A stretch of DNA of 55,347 bases. It comes from a virus. Lineage: Duplodnaviria > Caudoviricetes. Position numbers and translations under genes: made by a program. The notes under the pieces are model-generated. The model had not been told where the DNA came from, searched no databases, and saw only the letters and a program-made list of their open reading frames with translations. Within the stretch, counting starts at the first letter, position 1; every line of letters begins with the position of its first letter. Of the stretch, positions 1-8,309 are shown in pieces. The stretch covers positions 1-55,347 of the IMG/VR virus record IMGVR_UViG_3300046170_000038; one strand, written 5' to 3'.

Positions 1-242
1 CACATATACTACGCCACCCCCAGTGGCCCTTGCCCCGCCCGTGTGATCGCCTGTGAAGAAGGTACCCGTGCATTATCTCCCTCGGTTTTTCCACACATCT
101 TTTTTGCCACACCATCATTGCCGCATATGCCTGTTATCATGGGCGATATGGGATAGCGGCAAGTGTTATGAAAACAGTTATGGTGCGATATGTGAAAGCA
201 AACATTCAAATATTAGAATGTGTGAAGCGATGTTGAGCCGAT
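1..242. repeat. Left copy of 242-bp direct terminal repeat
   Basis: 1-242 is identical to 55106-55347; the same 66-aa ORF appears at 9..209 and 55114..55314 (offset 55105). True DTR or assembly overlap. Confidence 0.95.
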
Positions 243-336
243 GCACATTGTCTGCAGACAATACCCCTACTTTACATTGCCATATGTGCAAGCTGCATGT
301 CATATTATATGCATATGCATCTATTATGACTATCTA

Positions 337-412
337 AGGTTGCCGAATCACCCCTAATTAAACAACCTTAATGCATTGTAATACCCCCTACAGGTTGCCG
401 AATCACCCCTAA
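337..412. repeat. 21-bp direct repeat AGGTTGCCGAATCACCCCTAA x2 next to the left terminal repeat
   Basis: Exact copies at 337-357 and 392-412. Confidence 0.9.
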
Positions 413-613
413 CATATCGCCATATAGTTGCGTTATTTGAGTAGGTAAAAGATAGTGCTTTCCAAACAATACACTTTTAAGATGTATTCACTGCCTTTCA
501 ACCCATTGATAACATTACATTTTATTATTTATACAATTAGGGTGTTTACAAAGTCAATTATCTGGATACAATTAGGGCCACAAACAGAAACACAGACACA
601 AAGGATTAAATCA

Positions 614-856
614 ATGTTTAATAAAGTTTTCACATACACATCAGCAGATACCATCGCCGAAACATGGGACGGTGTAAAATATGGTGGCGAACTATATTGT
701 TTTCTTTGGAATGAAATTGTTTCTCAATATCCTAAAAAAACAGACTATGATGGTTATGGCTTTGAGGGTGCAACATCTAACAATGTATCAGATTATTGGG
801 ATATAATCCCTACACATTTACAGAATGAACTAAACAGATTAGCGTTGATTGATTGA
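614..856 (+). CDS. Early hypothetical protein
   Basis: ORF 455..856; start reassigned to ATG 614, which follows AAGGA at 601. Confidence 0.7.
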   Translation: MFNKVFTYTSADTIAETWDGVKYGGELYCFLWNEIVSQYPKKTDYDGYGFEGATSNNVSDYWDIIPTHLQNELNRLALID

Positions 857-927
857 TTTTAACTGGTAAGCATTTACTTGCTTACTTATTAAGACCAAAC
901 TTAACCAAACTGAAAAGGACTAAACCA

Positions 928-1179
928 ATGCAAATCAAAACAACAGTTAAAACGGGTAGAGTTTACAATGGCAATCAAGAAATAGTTATTTCATTGATTG
1001 ATGATGTGGTAACATTTACTGATCAATCAAGAAACATCAATGGCCTATGTCAACTAGATGATATTGATATTGAAATGTTACAAGATGAAACATTGTTTTC
1101 AACTCAGGCAAACAAAGCAAAGTATCTTGAAAATTTCATCATGGCAAAATATGATGCGGGACAATATAAAAACGCTTGA
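928..1179 (+). CDS. Early hypothetical protein
   Basis: ORF 853..1179; ATG 928 follows a GAAAAGGA Shine-Dalgarno. Confidence 0.75.
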   Translation: MQIKTTVKTGRVYNGNQEIVISLIDDVVTFTDQSRNINGLCQLDDIDIEMLQDETLFSTQANKAKYLENFIMAKYDAGQYKNA

Positions 1180-1361
1180 CATTCTTAGATTGCACCATTA
1201 TCAAGATGGTGTAATGTTAGAAAGTCAAACAAAGATAAAACAAGATGCGGTACGCCCATAATGATTTTATCTTGACTTTTCAAAGCTGGTATGGTGCAAG
1301 CTAGTCCATACGTTCTAATTGAGACAAAGTAGAGCCAATTAGAACAAAATAAAATAAAGAC

Positions 1362-1391
1362 TTGACTAAGTTAAACGACTAAGACTAGACT
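1362..1391 (+). promoter_or_regulatory. Putative sigma70 early promoter (one of several CTTGAC sites at 1175, 1271, 1361, 1721)
   Basis: TTGACT-N18-TAGACT in an ORF-free region with an A-rich upstream tract. Confidence 0.5.
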
Positions 1392-1396
1392 GAATA

Positions 1397-1716
1397 CAAG
1401 AAACGGGCAACACGGTGATAATAGCCCACACCACACGTTAAATGAAAAGTAAGAACATTGACTAGGGTAAAGATGCCTAGCACAACTAAAAGGCTCTGGC
1501 TTGTGGATGCAAGCATGTCTAGCAAATGGACGGATTAAGCAACCGTGTAGCGACTAAACACCCGATAGGTACGTGTACCTTTGAGCAAGGGATGCAGCGC
1601 AAAATGTCCCATGAAAAACAGGGCTTGTGAACGGTGACTTGAATCAGTCCGTCTATAGTGCTGGTTAATTGTCTTTTGAGTAATCGCAAGCTGTGCAATT
1701 CTAGGCCAACCTAGAC
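1397..1716 (+). ncRNA. Candidate large structured non-coding RNA, family unknown; ends approximate
   Basis: No credible ORF 1180-1781; six colinearly nested helices plus several local hairpins, many with G-U pairs on the + strand (see findings). Confidence 0.6.
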
Positions 1717-1781
1717 CATGCTTGACATGTGGCATGGCTTGTGATTATCTATAAAGACAACACAAACTGAAAGGTTTCAAT

Positions 1782-2366
1782 ATGTATACTGACAATATCC
1801 TTGCATGTTATATGCAAAGCCTCAACTCTGAGGTATCGCATGGCAAAACATGGTATGCAGACGCAAAGCAAGCTGCACAAGATATGGCAGATAAGTACGA
1901 ACTGCCATTGCATGTTGTTGTGGGTGTCATTGCAGCATTGTCACCAACTAATAACTGGTCACGTAATCTAGTTGATGCAGATAATATGCTAGATACCTTT
2001 GTACTGGGCGGCTATGTGGAAAGTTGCAAGCCTTGTACTTACAAAACAATGCGTGATAAGGCTTGGTCTATTCTGCAGTCTATGCCCCATGATAATGATG
2101 ATGTGGCGTTTATACTCAAAGGCCCAAAGATAACAGACTTTTTCTACTGCATCATGGGCAAGAATGTTTGTGTAGTTGACGGTCACGCTTGGTGCATTGC
2201 CAATGCAGACCGTAGGACTATGCAGGAAGTGCCAAACATTGGCAAAAAACTACGCCTAGAAATACAGCAAGCCTATGCAGACGCTGGTGAACGTGTGGGA
2301 CTTACTGCATACCAGATGCAAGCTGCAACATGGGTGACATGGCGTAGGCTACACGGTGTAAAATAA
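1782..2366 (+). CDS. HhH-GPD DNA-glycosylase-like phage protein (DUF7178-like)
   Basis: Motifs WY, AALSP-x-N-N-W-x-R-N, GPKI, VVDGH and QAATW; strong SD. Confidence 0.6.
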   Translation: MYTDNILACYMQSLNSEVSHGKTWYADAKQAAQDMADKYELPLHVVVGVIAALSPTNNWSRNLVDADNMLDTFVLGGYVESCKPCTYKTMRDKAWSILQSMPHDNDDVAFILKGPKITDFFYCIMGKNVCVVDGHAWCIANADRRTMQEVPNIGKKLRLEIQQAYADAGERVGLTAYQMQAATWVTWRRLHGVK

Positions 2367-2369
2367 TAG

Positions 2370-2398
2370 TTGACAGTACTGATAGGCGGCTATATGCT
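2370..2398 (+). promoter_or_regulatory. Sigma70-type promoter
   Basis: TTGACA-N17-TATGCT, intergenic. Confidence 0.7.
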
Positions 2399-2453
2399 GC
2401 TTATTATACTACCAACTATCTCAACTTAACCCAACTTGAAAAGGAACTACCCC

Positions 2454-2813
2454 ATGACTAATGTAAACACAAAGCCAGTTGTTGCCACATCTAACCCACA
2501 GTTGTATGCAAACCATACTTTCCACATGTCACGTGCGACACCGTTCACTTACAACTACGCAGTAGTTGATGACTACATCCTTGCTAATTACATGACCAAA
2601 AGCCAGCGTCAAATGGCAAAAGACTTGAACGAATACCCAAATCGTATTGCCTATCGTGTGCAAATACTCAAAGCCAATGGCATTATCAGTGTCAAGGCTG
2701 TAGGACGTACTACTGAGGGACGCTTAAAGAAAGAGTACCTGCAGCAGTATGATGCAGCTATCAAGCTGTACAAAGAACTGATGGCGATTAACCCGCAAGC
2801 ATTGGCAGGGTAA
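2454..2813 (+). CDS. Putative HTH DNA-binding protein
   Basis: SQRQMAKDLNEYPNRIAYRVQILK resembles a helix-turn-helix; ATG 2454 after an AAGGA SD. Confidence 0.55.
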   Translation: MTNVNTKPVVATSNPQLYANHTFHMSRATPFTYNYAVVDDYILANYMTKSQRQMAKDLNEYPNRIAYRVQILKANGIISVKAVGRTTEGRLKKEYLQQYDAAIKLYKELMAINPQALAG

Positions 2814-2980
2814 TGATTTATCACTGTACATTCTATACTGGTGTGGGCAAGATACTGCACCAGTATCAAACCAAGTCCTACAGACAAGTTATGTATGATG
2901 CAAAGATTGCTGTACAGTCTGGACTACATGTAAAAGTGTTGCAGAATGGCAACACAATTAAGCTGCCTGAGTTTAAATAG
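2813..2980 (+). CDS. Small hypothetical protein (55 aa, not in ORF track)
   Basis: TAATG-coupled start; MIYHCTFYTG...KLPEFK. Confidence 0.55.
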   Translation: MIYHCTFYTGVGKILHQYQTKSYRQVMYDAKIAVQSGLHVKVLQNGNTIKLPEFK

Positions 2981-3011
2981 ACAGAAAGGTTATCCCAAGT
3001 TATATAAGTAC

Positions 3012-3040
3012 TTGACACCTCCCTATGGTACTTATATAAC
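3012..3040 (+). promoter_or_regulatory. Sigma70-type promoter
   Basis: TTGACA-N17-TATAAC. Confidence 0.7.
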
Positions 3041-3075
3041 TTTGATATAATCTAACTTAACATGGATGAATTGGT

Positions 3076-3252
3076 ATGAACATATACGTAAACGAAAGAT
3101 CAGTGTACGGAAACACAATGGTGTACCCCGCATGTGACAAGGCAAAAGCATTTGCAAATATTGCAGGTACAAAGACCTTAACCTTTGAGACAATACAAGA
3201 GATAAAAAACTTGGGCTATGATGTATGCCTAAACTATAGGGACAAACTGTAA
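3076..3252 (+). CDS. Small hypothetical protein (58 aa, not in ORF track)
   Basis: MNIYVNERSVYGNTMVYPACDKAKAFANIAGTKTLT...; stop coupled (TAATG) to the next gene. Confidence 0.7.
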   Translation: MNIYVNERSVYGNTMVYPACDKAKAFANIAGTKTLTFETIQEIKNLGYDVCLNYRDKL

Positions 3253-3449
3253 TGACTATTATAATAGACAGATGGGACTTGCAAGGTGAACTGGCAAACA
3301 TAATGTGCAAGCTATCAACAAGTGACTTATGTGTACTGGCAGAACATATGCTAGGCACAGGCCACACTTCACTAGGCTATACAATGGTTATGGGTGAAAA
3401 GACTGACGCCATACTGAAAGAAATAAAAAATGAAACAACTAATGATTGA
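3252..3449 (+). CDS. Hypothetical protein
   Basis: Translationally coupled ORF. Confidence 0.6.
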   Translation: MTIIIDRWDLQGELANIMCKLSTSDLCVLAEHMLGTGHTSLGYTMVMGEKTDAILKEIKNETTND

Positions 3450-3559
3450 CAAGCTAATGACCGTAGGCTACTCTGTAATGGTAGTGATAAACACTGTCAC
3501 TGCACTAGCAATAATCTACACCGCAACACATTACTTAACTTAATACAAAGGACAGACCA

Positions 3560-3871
3560 ATGACTGTAGCAGAAATTAAACTGGCACTAATGACCCTTAA
3601 CACCAGTGAATTGACTGATATCAAACAAGCAATGCTTACACTAGACACTGCTGACCTCAATGATATTATTGACTTGGCTCATGAGCTAAAGACCCTCAAG
3701 GGTAGGATTAGCCTCAAGGTAGGTCAGGACGTTTGGGTAGTACAGACGTACATTACGGGAAATACCAAGCGTACTGCTGGTATCGTTGAGAAGATCAACC
3801 AGAAGAAAGCACAGGTGCGTATGCGTGGCTCTATCTACAACGTACCCTTTGCAATGCTTGAGGCAGCATAA
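3560..3871 (+). CDS. Hypothetical protein with C-terminal KOW/SH3-like barrel
   Basis: LKVGQDVWVV...GIVEKINQKKAQV...YNVPFAML; short tandem duplication at the N-terminus; good SD. Confidence 0.6.
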   Translation: MTVAEIKLALMTLNTSELTDIKQAMLTLDTADLNDIIDLAHELKTLKGRISLKVGQDVWVVQTYITGNTKRTAGIVEKINQKKAQVRMRGSIYNVPFAMLEAA

Positions 3872-4026
3872 TGAAACGTAAGGTAGGTATCATTAATCCT
3901 GTGGCAAAGGCTATGCTTCAACAGCGTAAGCCACCACAGGTGGTGCTACCTAAGAAGGGTAACAAGGCCAAGCGTAGTCGTGGCAATGACTTTCGTAAGG
4001 CATTAGCAGAACAAATGGAGAAATAA
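3871..4026 (+). CDS. Small basic protein (51 aa, not in ORF track), weakly ArfA-like
   Basis: MKRKVGIINPVAKAMLQQRKPPQVVLPKKGNKAKRSR...; TAATG-coupled. Confidence 0.6.
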   Translation: MKRKVGIINPVAKAMLQQRKPPQVVLPKKGNKAKRSRGNDFRKALAEQMEK

Positions 4027-4029
4027 ATT

Positions 4030-4293
4030 ATGACAGATACACCGAAAACACCAGAGGAATGGGAACAATTACGTAAGGATCGTCACCAAGCAAACCTTGA
4101 TGCCTTCAATGCTTTGCAGGAAGATCAACAGGTAGCAATTAGACATGCGTTCAAGGCTTTGTCTGCAGCACAGGATACTTTATCTGAGTGTCAAGACCTG
4201 TGGCTATCTGACATCAAGGAACTAGACCGTGCCTACTGGCAAATGCGTCACAGCTTTATGGCTGTTGTTGATCCAGAGAATGCAAGCCTATGA
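4030..4293 (+). CDS. Hypothetical protein
   Basis: GGAG SD; packed in operon. Confidence 0.75.
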   Translation: MTDTPKTPEEWEQLRKDRHQANLDAFNALQEDQQVAIRHAFKALSAAQDTLSECQDLWLSDIKELDRAYWQMRHSFMAVVDPENASL

Positions 4294-4529
4294 GTTATTT
4301 GAAGGCATATACTGTTACGCTTGACATAGATGGTGAGTACAAGCTAGTCAGACTAGATGATACCTTTCCATCTGTATCAAGTGCAGTAACAGCTATCAAC
4401 ACAGCCATGTTACTTGTACAGGTTAAACAACCTGCATCTGTAATAAATCTGGTAGACTGTACTGAGTATGTGCCTTCAGCATTTGAGGGTATCAAGTATG
4501 CCTACCCAATACCAGAGGTAATGCAATGA
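4290..4529 (+). CDS. Hypothetical protein
   Basis: ATGA overlap with the upstream gene. Confidence 0.7.
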   Translation: MSYLKAYTVTLDIDGEYKLVRLDDTFPSVSSAVTAINTAMLLVQVKQPASVINLVDCTEYVPSAFEGIKYAYPIPEVMQ

Positions 4530-4711
4530 ATACAGATGATGACTTTGCCCTGACTGTCAAACCTAAACGACAGGTAAAGGGTACATACACTGGTATGTGT
4601 GGTGGTGTATTAGCTATTGAGTATGCCACAGACACATGGTTTTTAGAACAGGATGAACTGGAACATGACACAGATACGCAAGCGCATGGCCCGTCTGATG
4701 CAGCCTATTGA
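4526..4711 (+). CDS. Hypothetical protein
   Basis: ATGA overlap; GAGG SD. Confidence 0.5.
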   Translation: MNTDDDFALTVKPKRQVKGTYTGMCGGVLAIEYATDTWFLEQDELEHDTDTQAHGPSDAAY

Positions 4712-4856
4712 CAGGCAGATAATGATGTGCGATGATCGTGAAGAAACCATGATGCTTGCATGTGCTATGCTTCAGTCCTGCATCACCATACTGGACGCCA
4801 GCATAGGTACACAGGGACGCAAAGAAATAATAACTGACGCCAACAAAAAGGATTAA
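4653..4856 (+). CDS. Hypothetical protein
   Basis: Fills the operon; LMQPIDRQIMMCDDREETMMLACAML. Confidence 0.65.
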   Translation: MNWNMTQIRKRMARLMQPIDRQIMMCDDREETMMLACAMLQSCITILDASIGTQGRKEIITDANKKD

Positions 4857-4861
4857 GTTCT

Positions 4862-5056
4862 ATGCCTAACAATATGATAATTCAAATGCCTAGTGGCATG
4901 AGACTGTCTATCACACAAGGTGTAGGCATGATGGGTGACAGAGACAGAGGCTCTATTGAGGTAGGTGTGCTTGATGACAAGGGCAACCTGATAGGTGATC
5001 CACGTGGCTATGTGGATGGCTCACAATTACACCAGATACTAGAGGGGATGCTGTAA
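4862..5056 (+). CDS. Hypothetical protein
   Basis: Stop coupled to the next gene (TAATG). Confidence 0.65.
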   Translation: MPNNMIIQMPSGMRLSITQGVGMMGDRDRGSIEVGVLDDKGNLIGDPRGYVDGSQLHQILEGML

Positions 5057-5463
5057 TGGTACTTACTGCCCTGTCCTGCATTGCATTGAACGTATACTTT
5101 GAGGCACGTAGTGACAACATGTCTGGACAGTATGCCGTGGCTCATGTTGTACTCAACAGGGTACAGGATAGCCGCTGGCCTAATGAGGTATGCGAAGTAG
5201 TCACACAACGTAATGATAACAACGTCTGCCAATTCAGTTGGTACTGTGATGGTAAAGCTGACAAGCCTGATGATGAATATGCTTGGGCATATGCTCAGAT
5301 GGTGGCGGCAGATGTACTACGTGGCGAAGTCCCTGACTTTACTGGTGGATCAACCCACTATCATGCGTACTATGTCAAGCCCTATTGGGCTGACAAGATG
5401 CTATACCAAGGAGACTTTGGCTCTCATTATTTCTTTAGAGAAATAGATGGGCTGAACAGATAA
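5056..5463 (+). CDS. Cell wall hydrolase, SleB/Hydrolase_2 family
   Basis: CIALNVYFEAR, AVAHVVLNRV, CQFSW, GSTHYHA, PYWA and HYFF motifs. Confidence 0.92.
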   Translation: MVLTALSCIALNVYFEARSDNMSGQYAVAHVVLNRVQDSRWPNEVCEVVTQRNDNNVCQFSWYCDGKADKPDDEYAWAYAQMVAADVLRGEVPDFTGGSTHYHAYYVKPYWADKMLYQGDFGSHYFFREIDGLNR

Positions 5464-5466
5464 CAC

Positions 5467-5495
5467 TTGCTATCTTTACTAGTATAGGTTATGAT
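5467..5495 (+). promoter_or_regulatory. Sigma70-type promoter for the DUF932-integrase operon
   Basis: TTGCTA-N17-TATGAT, intergenic. Confidence 0.6.
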
Positions 5496-5541
5496 AGCTA
5501 TACAACAAGGGCATAGTTGCCCACAACATAAGGAACAGACA

Positions 5542-6375
5542 ATGGCTTTAGATTTTATTCCAGAGAACCTTGACTTCGCAGTAGCGTTTGAGGACACAAA
5601 AATGCACGACAAAAAGTATGTGCTTAATGCAGACACTGGCAAGTACATGGGTATTGTTGGTCAAGGCTTTCAGTGTGCCAGCCACGGTGATTTCTTCCGA
5701 GGTGTATGGGACACAGTGACAGAGGAAATGTCACCTAATGAGTTAGCAGATGCAGACTTTACATGGCATACTGCTAGAGGTGGGGCATGGGCAATGCTTG
5801 ATGTTACCTTACCCAACATGCGTAGTACCATAACTACAGACAAGCATGAGACTAGCATTGGCAATCGTATCATTAGTCTGCATGGCATTGATGGATCATG
5901 CAGCAATCAATCTTACTTTGGTGCTATTGATTACTTCTGTAAAAACGGAATGATCAGTGGTGACTATGACAAAATCCGTAAGAAGAACACAGCCAACTTT
6001 ACCCTTGAGGGTTTCATCTATGAGTTGGCACGTGCAAGGGCTAGTTTCTATGACAACGCTGCAAAGATGCAGGTGTGGGCTAACACCTCAACTAAATATG
6101 TAGATGTTAAGTCTTTGCTTGATGATATGATTTCATCTAAGCGTAAAGCAGAGAAAATGTTTCAGTTGTATAGCCATGAGGCCAGTGTACGTGGGCATAA
6201 CAAGTTCTCTTTGTACTCTGCCTTCACCAACTATGCCAGCTATGCTGATGAACGTAATGGGTTCAGCCTCAAGAATACTGGCAATGATACACAGGCAGTC
6301 AGCATGTGGTCACGTGAGCAAGAGGTGAGCAAGTGGGTCAGTGATCCTAAGTTCATCACATTGGAAGCTGCATAA
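5542..6375 (+). CDS. DUF932-family protein
   Basis: GIVGQGFQCASH, HGIDGS, DYFCKNGM and LYSAFTNYAS pattern; ATG 5542 after AAGGAA. Confidence 0.75.
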   Translation: MALDFIPENLDFAVAFEDTKMHDKKYVLNADTGKYMGIVGQGFQCASHGDFFRGVWDTVTEEMSPNELADADFTWHTARGGAWAMLDVTLPNMRSTITTDKHETSIGNRIISLHGIDGSCSNQSYFGAIDYFCKNGMISGDYDKIRKKNTANFTLEGFIYELARARASFYDNAAKMQVWANTSTKYVDVKSLLDDMISSKRKAEKMFQLYSHEASVRGHNKFSLYSAFTNYASYADERNGFSLKNTGNDTQAVSMWSREQEVSKWVSDPKFITLEAA

Positions 6376-7499
6376 TGACTAAGTTGCCACGATATGTACA
6401 GCCACGTAAACAACCCAAGGGTGTAGTGTCTTATCGCTTCAACCCACCTCAGTCTCTTGTTGATGCTGGGGTGGTGAGCCGCAAGGAATGGGGTACTGAT
6501 CTTAAACAGGTTAAGGTACTCGCCAAAGAGTTGAATGACTTAGTTGACAAGTACCGTGAAGAACAGGCATTGATATTCAATGTTAAGCCAAGCAGCACTG
6601 TTGCAAATTTGTCACAGTATTACTTTGCCTCTAATGATTTCAAGGCGTTACGTAATACAACTAAGGTACATTACAGGTACTTCATTGGTCTACTGGACAA
6701 TGCCATAGGTCACATGAGGCATGGTGATGTTACCTCTAAGGTTGCAAAGCATTTGTATGAACAGTGGGTTGAGCAAGGCATTAGCTTTGCCAATCATGGT
6801 GCTACCTGTGCCAGCCGTGTCTTTAACTACGCCATTGAAATGGAACAGATTAACACTAATCCTTTCACCAACATTAAGCGTAAGGCTACACCACAACGTA
6901 AGGTAGTATGGGAACATGCTGATGTGACTAACTTTATGGACACCGCCTTCAGTAAGTACAAGTACCGTAACGTGGGCATGATCGTGGCTATGGCCTATCA
7001 GTGGTGTCAAAGACTAGGTGACATGCGTATGCTTACGTGGGATGCCCTTGACTTAGACAGGCAGCGCATGTACCTTGAACAGTCTAAGCGTAGGGCAGAG
7101 GTGTTCCTACCCATTGATGATCAGTTACATGTAATGCTCAAGGAACAGCATGAGGACTACGGCTTTCAGCCTTATGTTGCACCCCACCCTACACCTGTAG
7201 GTGGTACGTTCAAACCCTATGGCATGGAAAGACTATCTAAAGTAGGACGTAGGGTAATGCGAGAGGCTGAGTTACCAGAAAGCCTACGCCTTATGGACTT
7301 ACGTAGGACAGGGGTAACACAAATGGTTGAGGCAGGTGTACCATTGCCACAGTTGATGGCTGTTACTGGTCACACACATGTTGCATCTGTGAAACCATAC
7401 ATAAAAAATACATTCGCCTCTGCTAATAAAGCCTTGACAGCACGTAATGCTCATGTAGAATTGAGTGTAACGAAGAACATTGAAAGTGATTGGCTATGA
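6375..7499 (+). CDS. int: Tyrosine recombinase/integrase
   Basis: CQRLGD (Arg), QSKR (Lys), DLRRT, TGH and KPY catalytic motifs. Confidence 0.9.
   Translation: MTKLPRYVQPRKQPKGVVSYRFNPPQSLVDAGVVSRKEWGTDLKQVKVLAKELNDLVDKYREEQALIFNVKPSSTVANLSQYYFASNDFKALRNTTKVHYRYFIGLLDNAIGHMRHGDVTSKVAKHLYEQWVEQGISFANHGATCASRVFNYAIEMEQINTNPFTNIKRKATPQRKVVWEHADVTNFMDTAFSKYKYRNVGMIVAMAYQWCQRLGDMRMLTWDALDLDRQRMYLEQSKRRAEVFLPIDDQLHVMLKEQHEDYGFQPYVAPHPTPVGGTFKPYGMERLSKVGRRVMREAELPESLRLMDLRRTGVTQMVEAGVPLPQLMAVTGHTHVASVKPYIKNTFASANKALTARNAHVELSVTKNIESDWL
7434..7461 (+). promoter_or_regulatory. Putative promoter for primase/helicase inside the 3' end of int
   Basis: TTGACA-N16-TAGAAT. Confidence 0.55.
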
Positions 7500-8302
7500 A
7501 CATAATAGAAATTATAAATGACTTACAGCTAAGTGTTGGTGACAGTAAACGTATGGCATGTCCAGTGTGTCATGCTAAGAATACATTTACTATTACTAAT
7601 ACTATGGGTAAGATTGTTTGGAATTGTTACAAGGCTAGTTGTACTGTCAGCGGCGGTACAAATGTGGCACTATCTGTTGGTGATGTTCGTAAGGCACTTG
7701 GTTATATGACTGACGAGCTAGACCCTTCCCCATTTGTAAAGCCTGACTACCTAGTTAATGATGGGCCTGAGTGTTGGGATTTTCTTAAACAGTATGGCCT
7801 ATCATCTGAAGATGTTATTGTATTGTATGACGTAAAGGATCACCGTATAGTCTTTCCTGTGCTAGATGACAGAGGTTGTATAGTTGATGGATCAGGTAGA
7901 TCACTGGGAAAAAGAATACCTAAATGGAAAAGATATGGTAATAGTGACTTGCCATACCATTGTGGATGTGGTAATGTCGCTGTAGTGGTAGAGGACAGCG
8001 TGAGTGCTGCAGTTGTAGGTGCGACAGTGAACAACGATCTAAAGCTGGATGCCAAAGATGATGATGTATATGTCGGGGTGGCTGTGTTGGGTACATCATT
8101 ATCAGAGGGACACAAGCGGTACTTGTCGCAGTTCTCTACCATAATAGTAGCACTTGACCCCGATGCTTTACCCAAGTCACTCAAGTTCGCTAAAGAATTA
8201 CGCACGTACTGTTCAGATGTACGTGTTTTAAAGTTGACAGACGATTTAAAGTATAGTAACCCTGACGATATAAGTAATCTGATAACCCTAACACAAGGAT
8301 AG
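7496..8302 (+). CDS. DNA primase (Zn-ribbon plus TOPRIM)
   Basis: CPVC...CYKASC zinc finger; VVVED, LGT and ALDPDA TOPRIM motifs. Confidence 0.9.
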   Translation: MNIIEIINDLQLSVGDSKRMACPVCHAKNTFTITNTMGKIVWNCYKASCTVSGGTNVALSVGDVRKALGYMTDELDPSPFVKPDYLVNDGPECWDFLKQYGLSSEDVIVLYDVKDHRIVFPVLDDRGCIVDGSGRSLGKRIPKWKRYGNSDLPYHCGCGNVAVVVEDSVSAAVVGATVNNDLKLDAKDDDVYVGVAVLGTSLSEGHKRYLSQFSTIIVALDPDALPKSLKFAKELRTYCSDVRVLKLTDDLKYSNPDDISNLITLTQG

Positions 8303-8309
8303 ACCCCAC

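Noticed and set aside
9-337. ORFs inside the terminal repeat (9..209, 53..337, 55114..55314)
   Set aside because: No RBS, atypical composition, lying in repeat/regulatory DNA.
337-412. Mini-CRISPR array (21-bp repeat, 34-bp spacer)
   Set aside because: Only two short copies, not palindromic, no cas genes; position beside the terminal repeat fits packaging or replication repeats better.
1397-1716. tRNA, tmRNA or group I/II intron identity for the structured region; ORF 1535..1735(-)
   Set aside because: No T-loop or CCA end, tag reading frame or intron core recognised; the ORF is antisense to the early arm with no SD.
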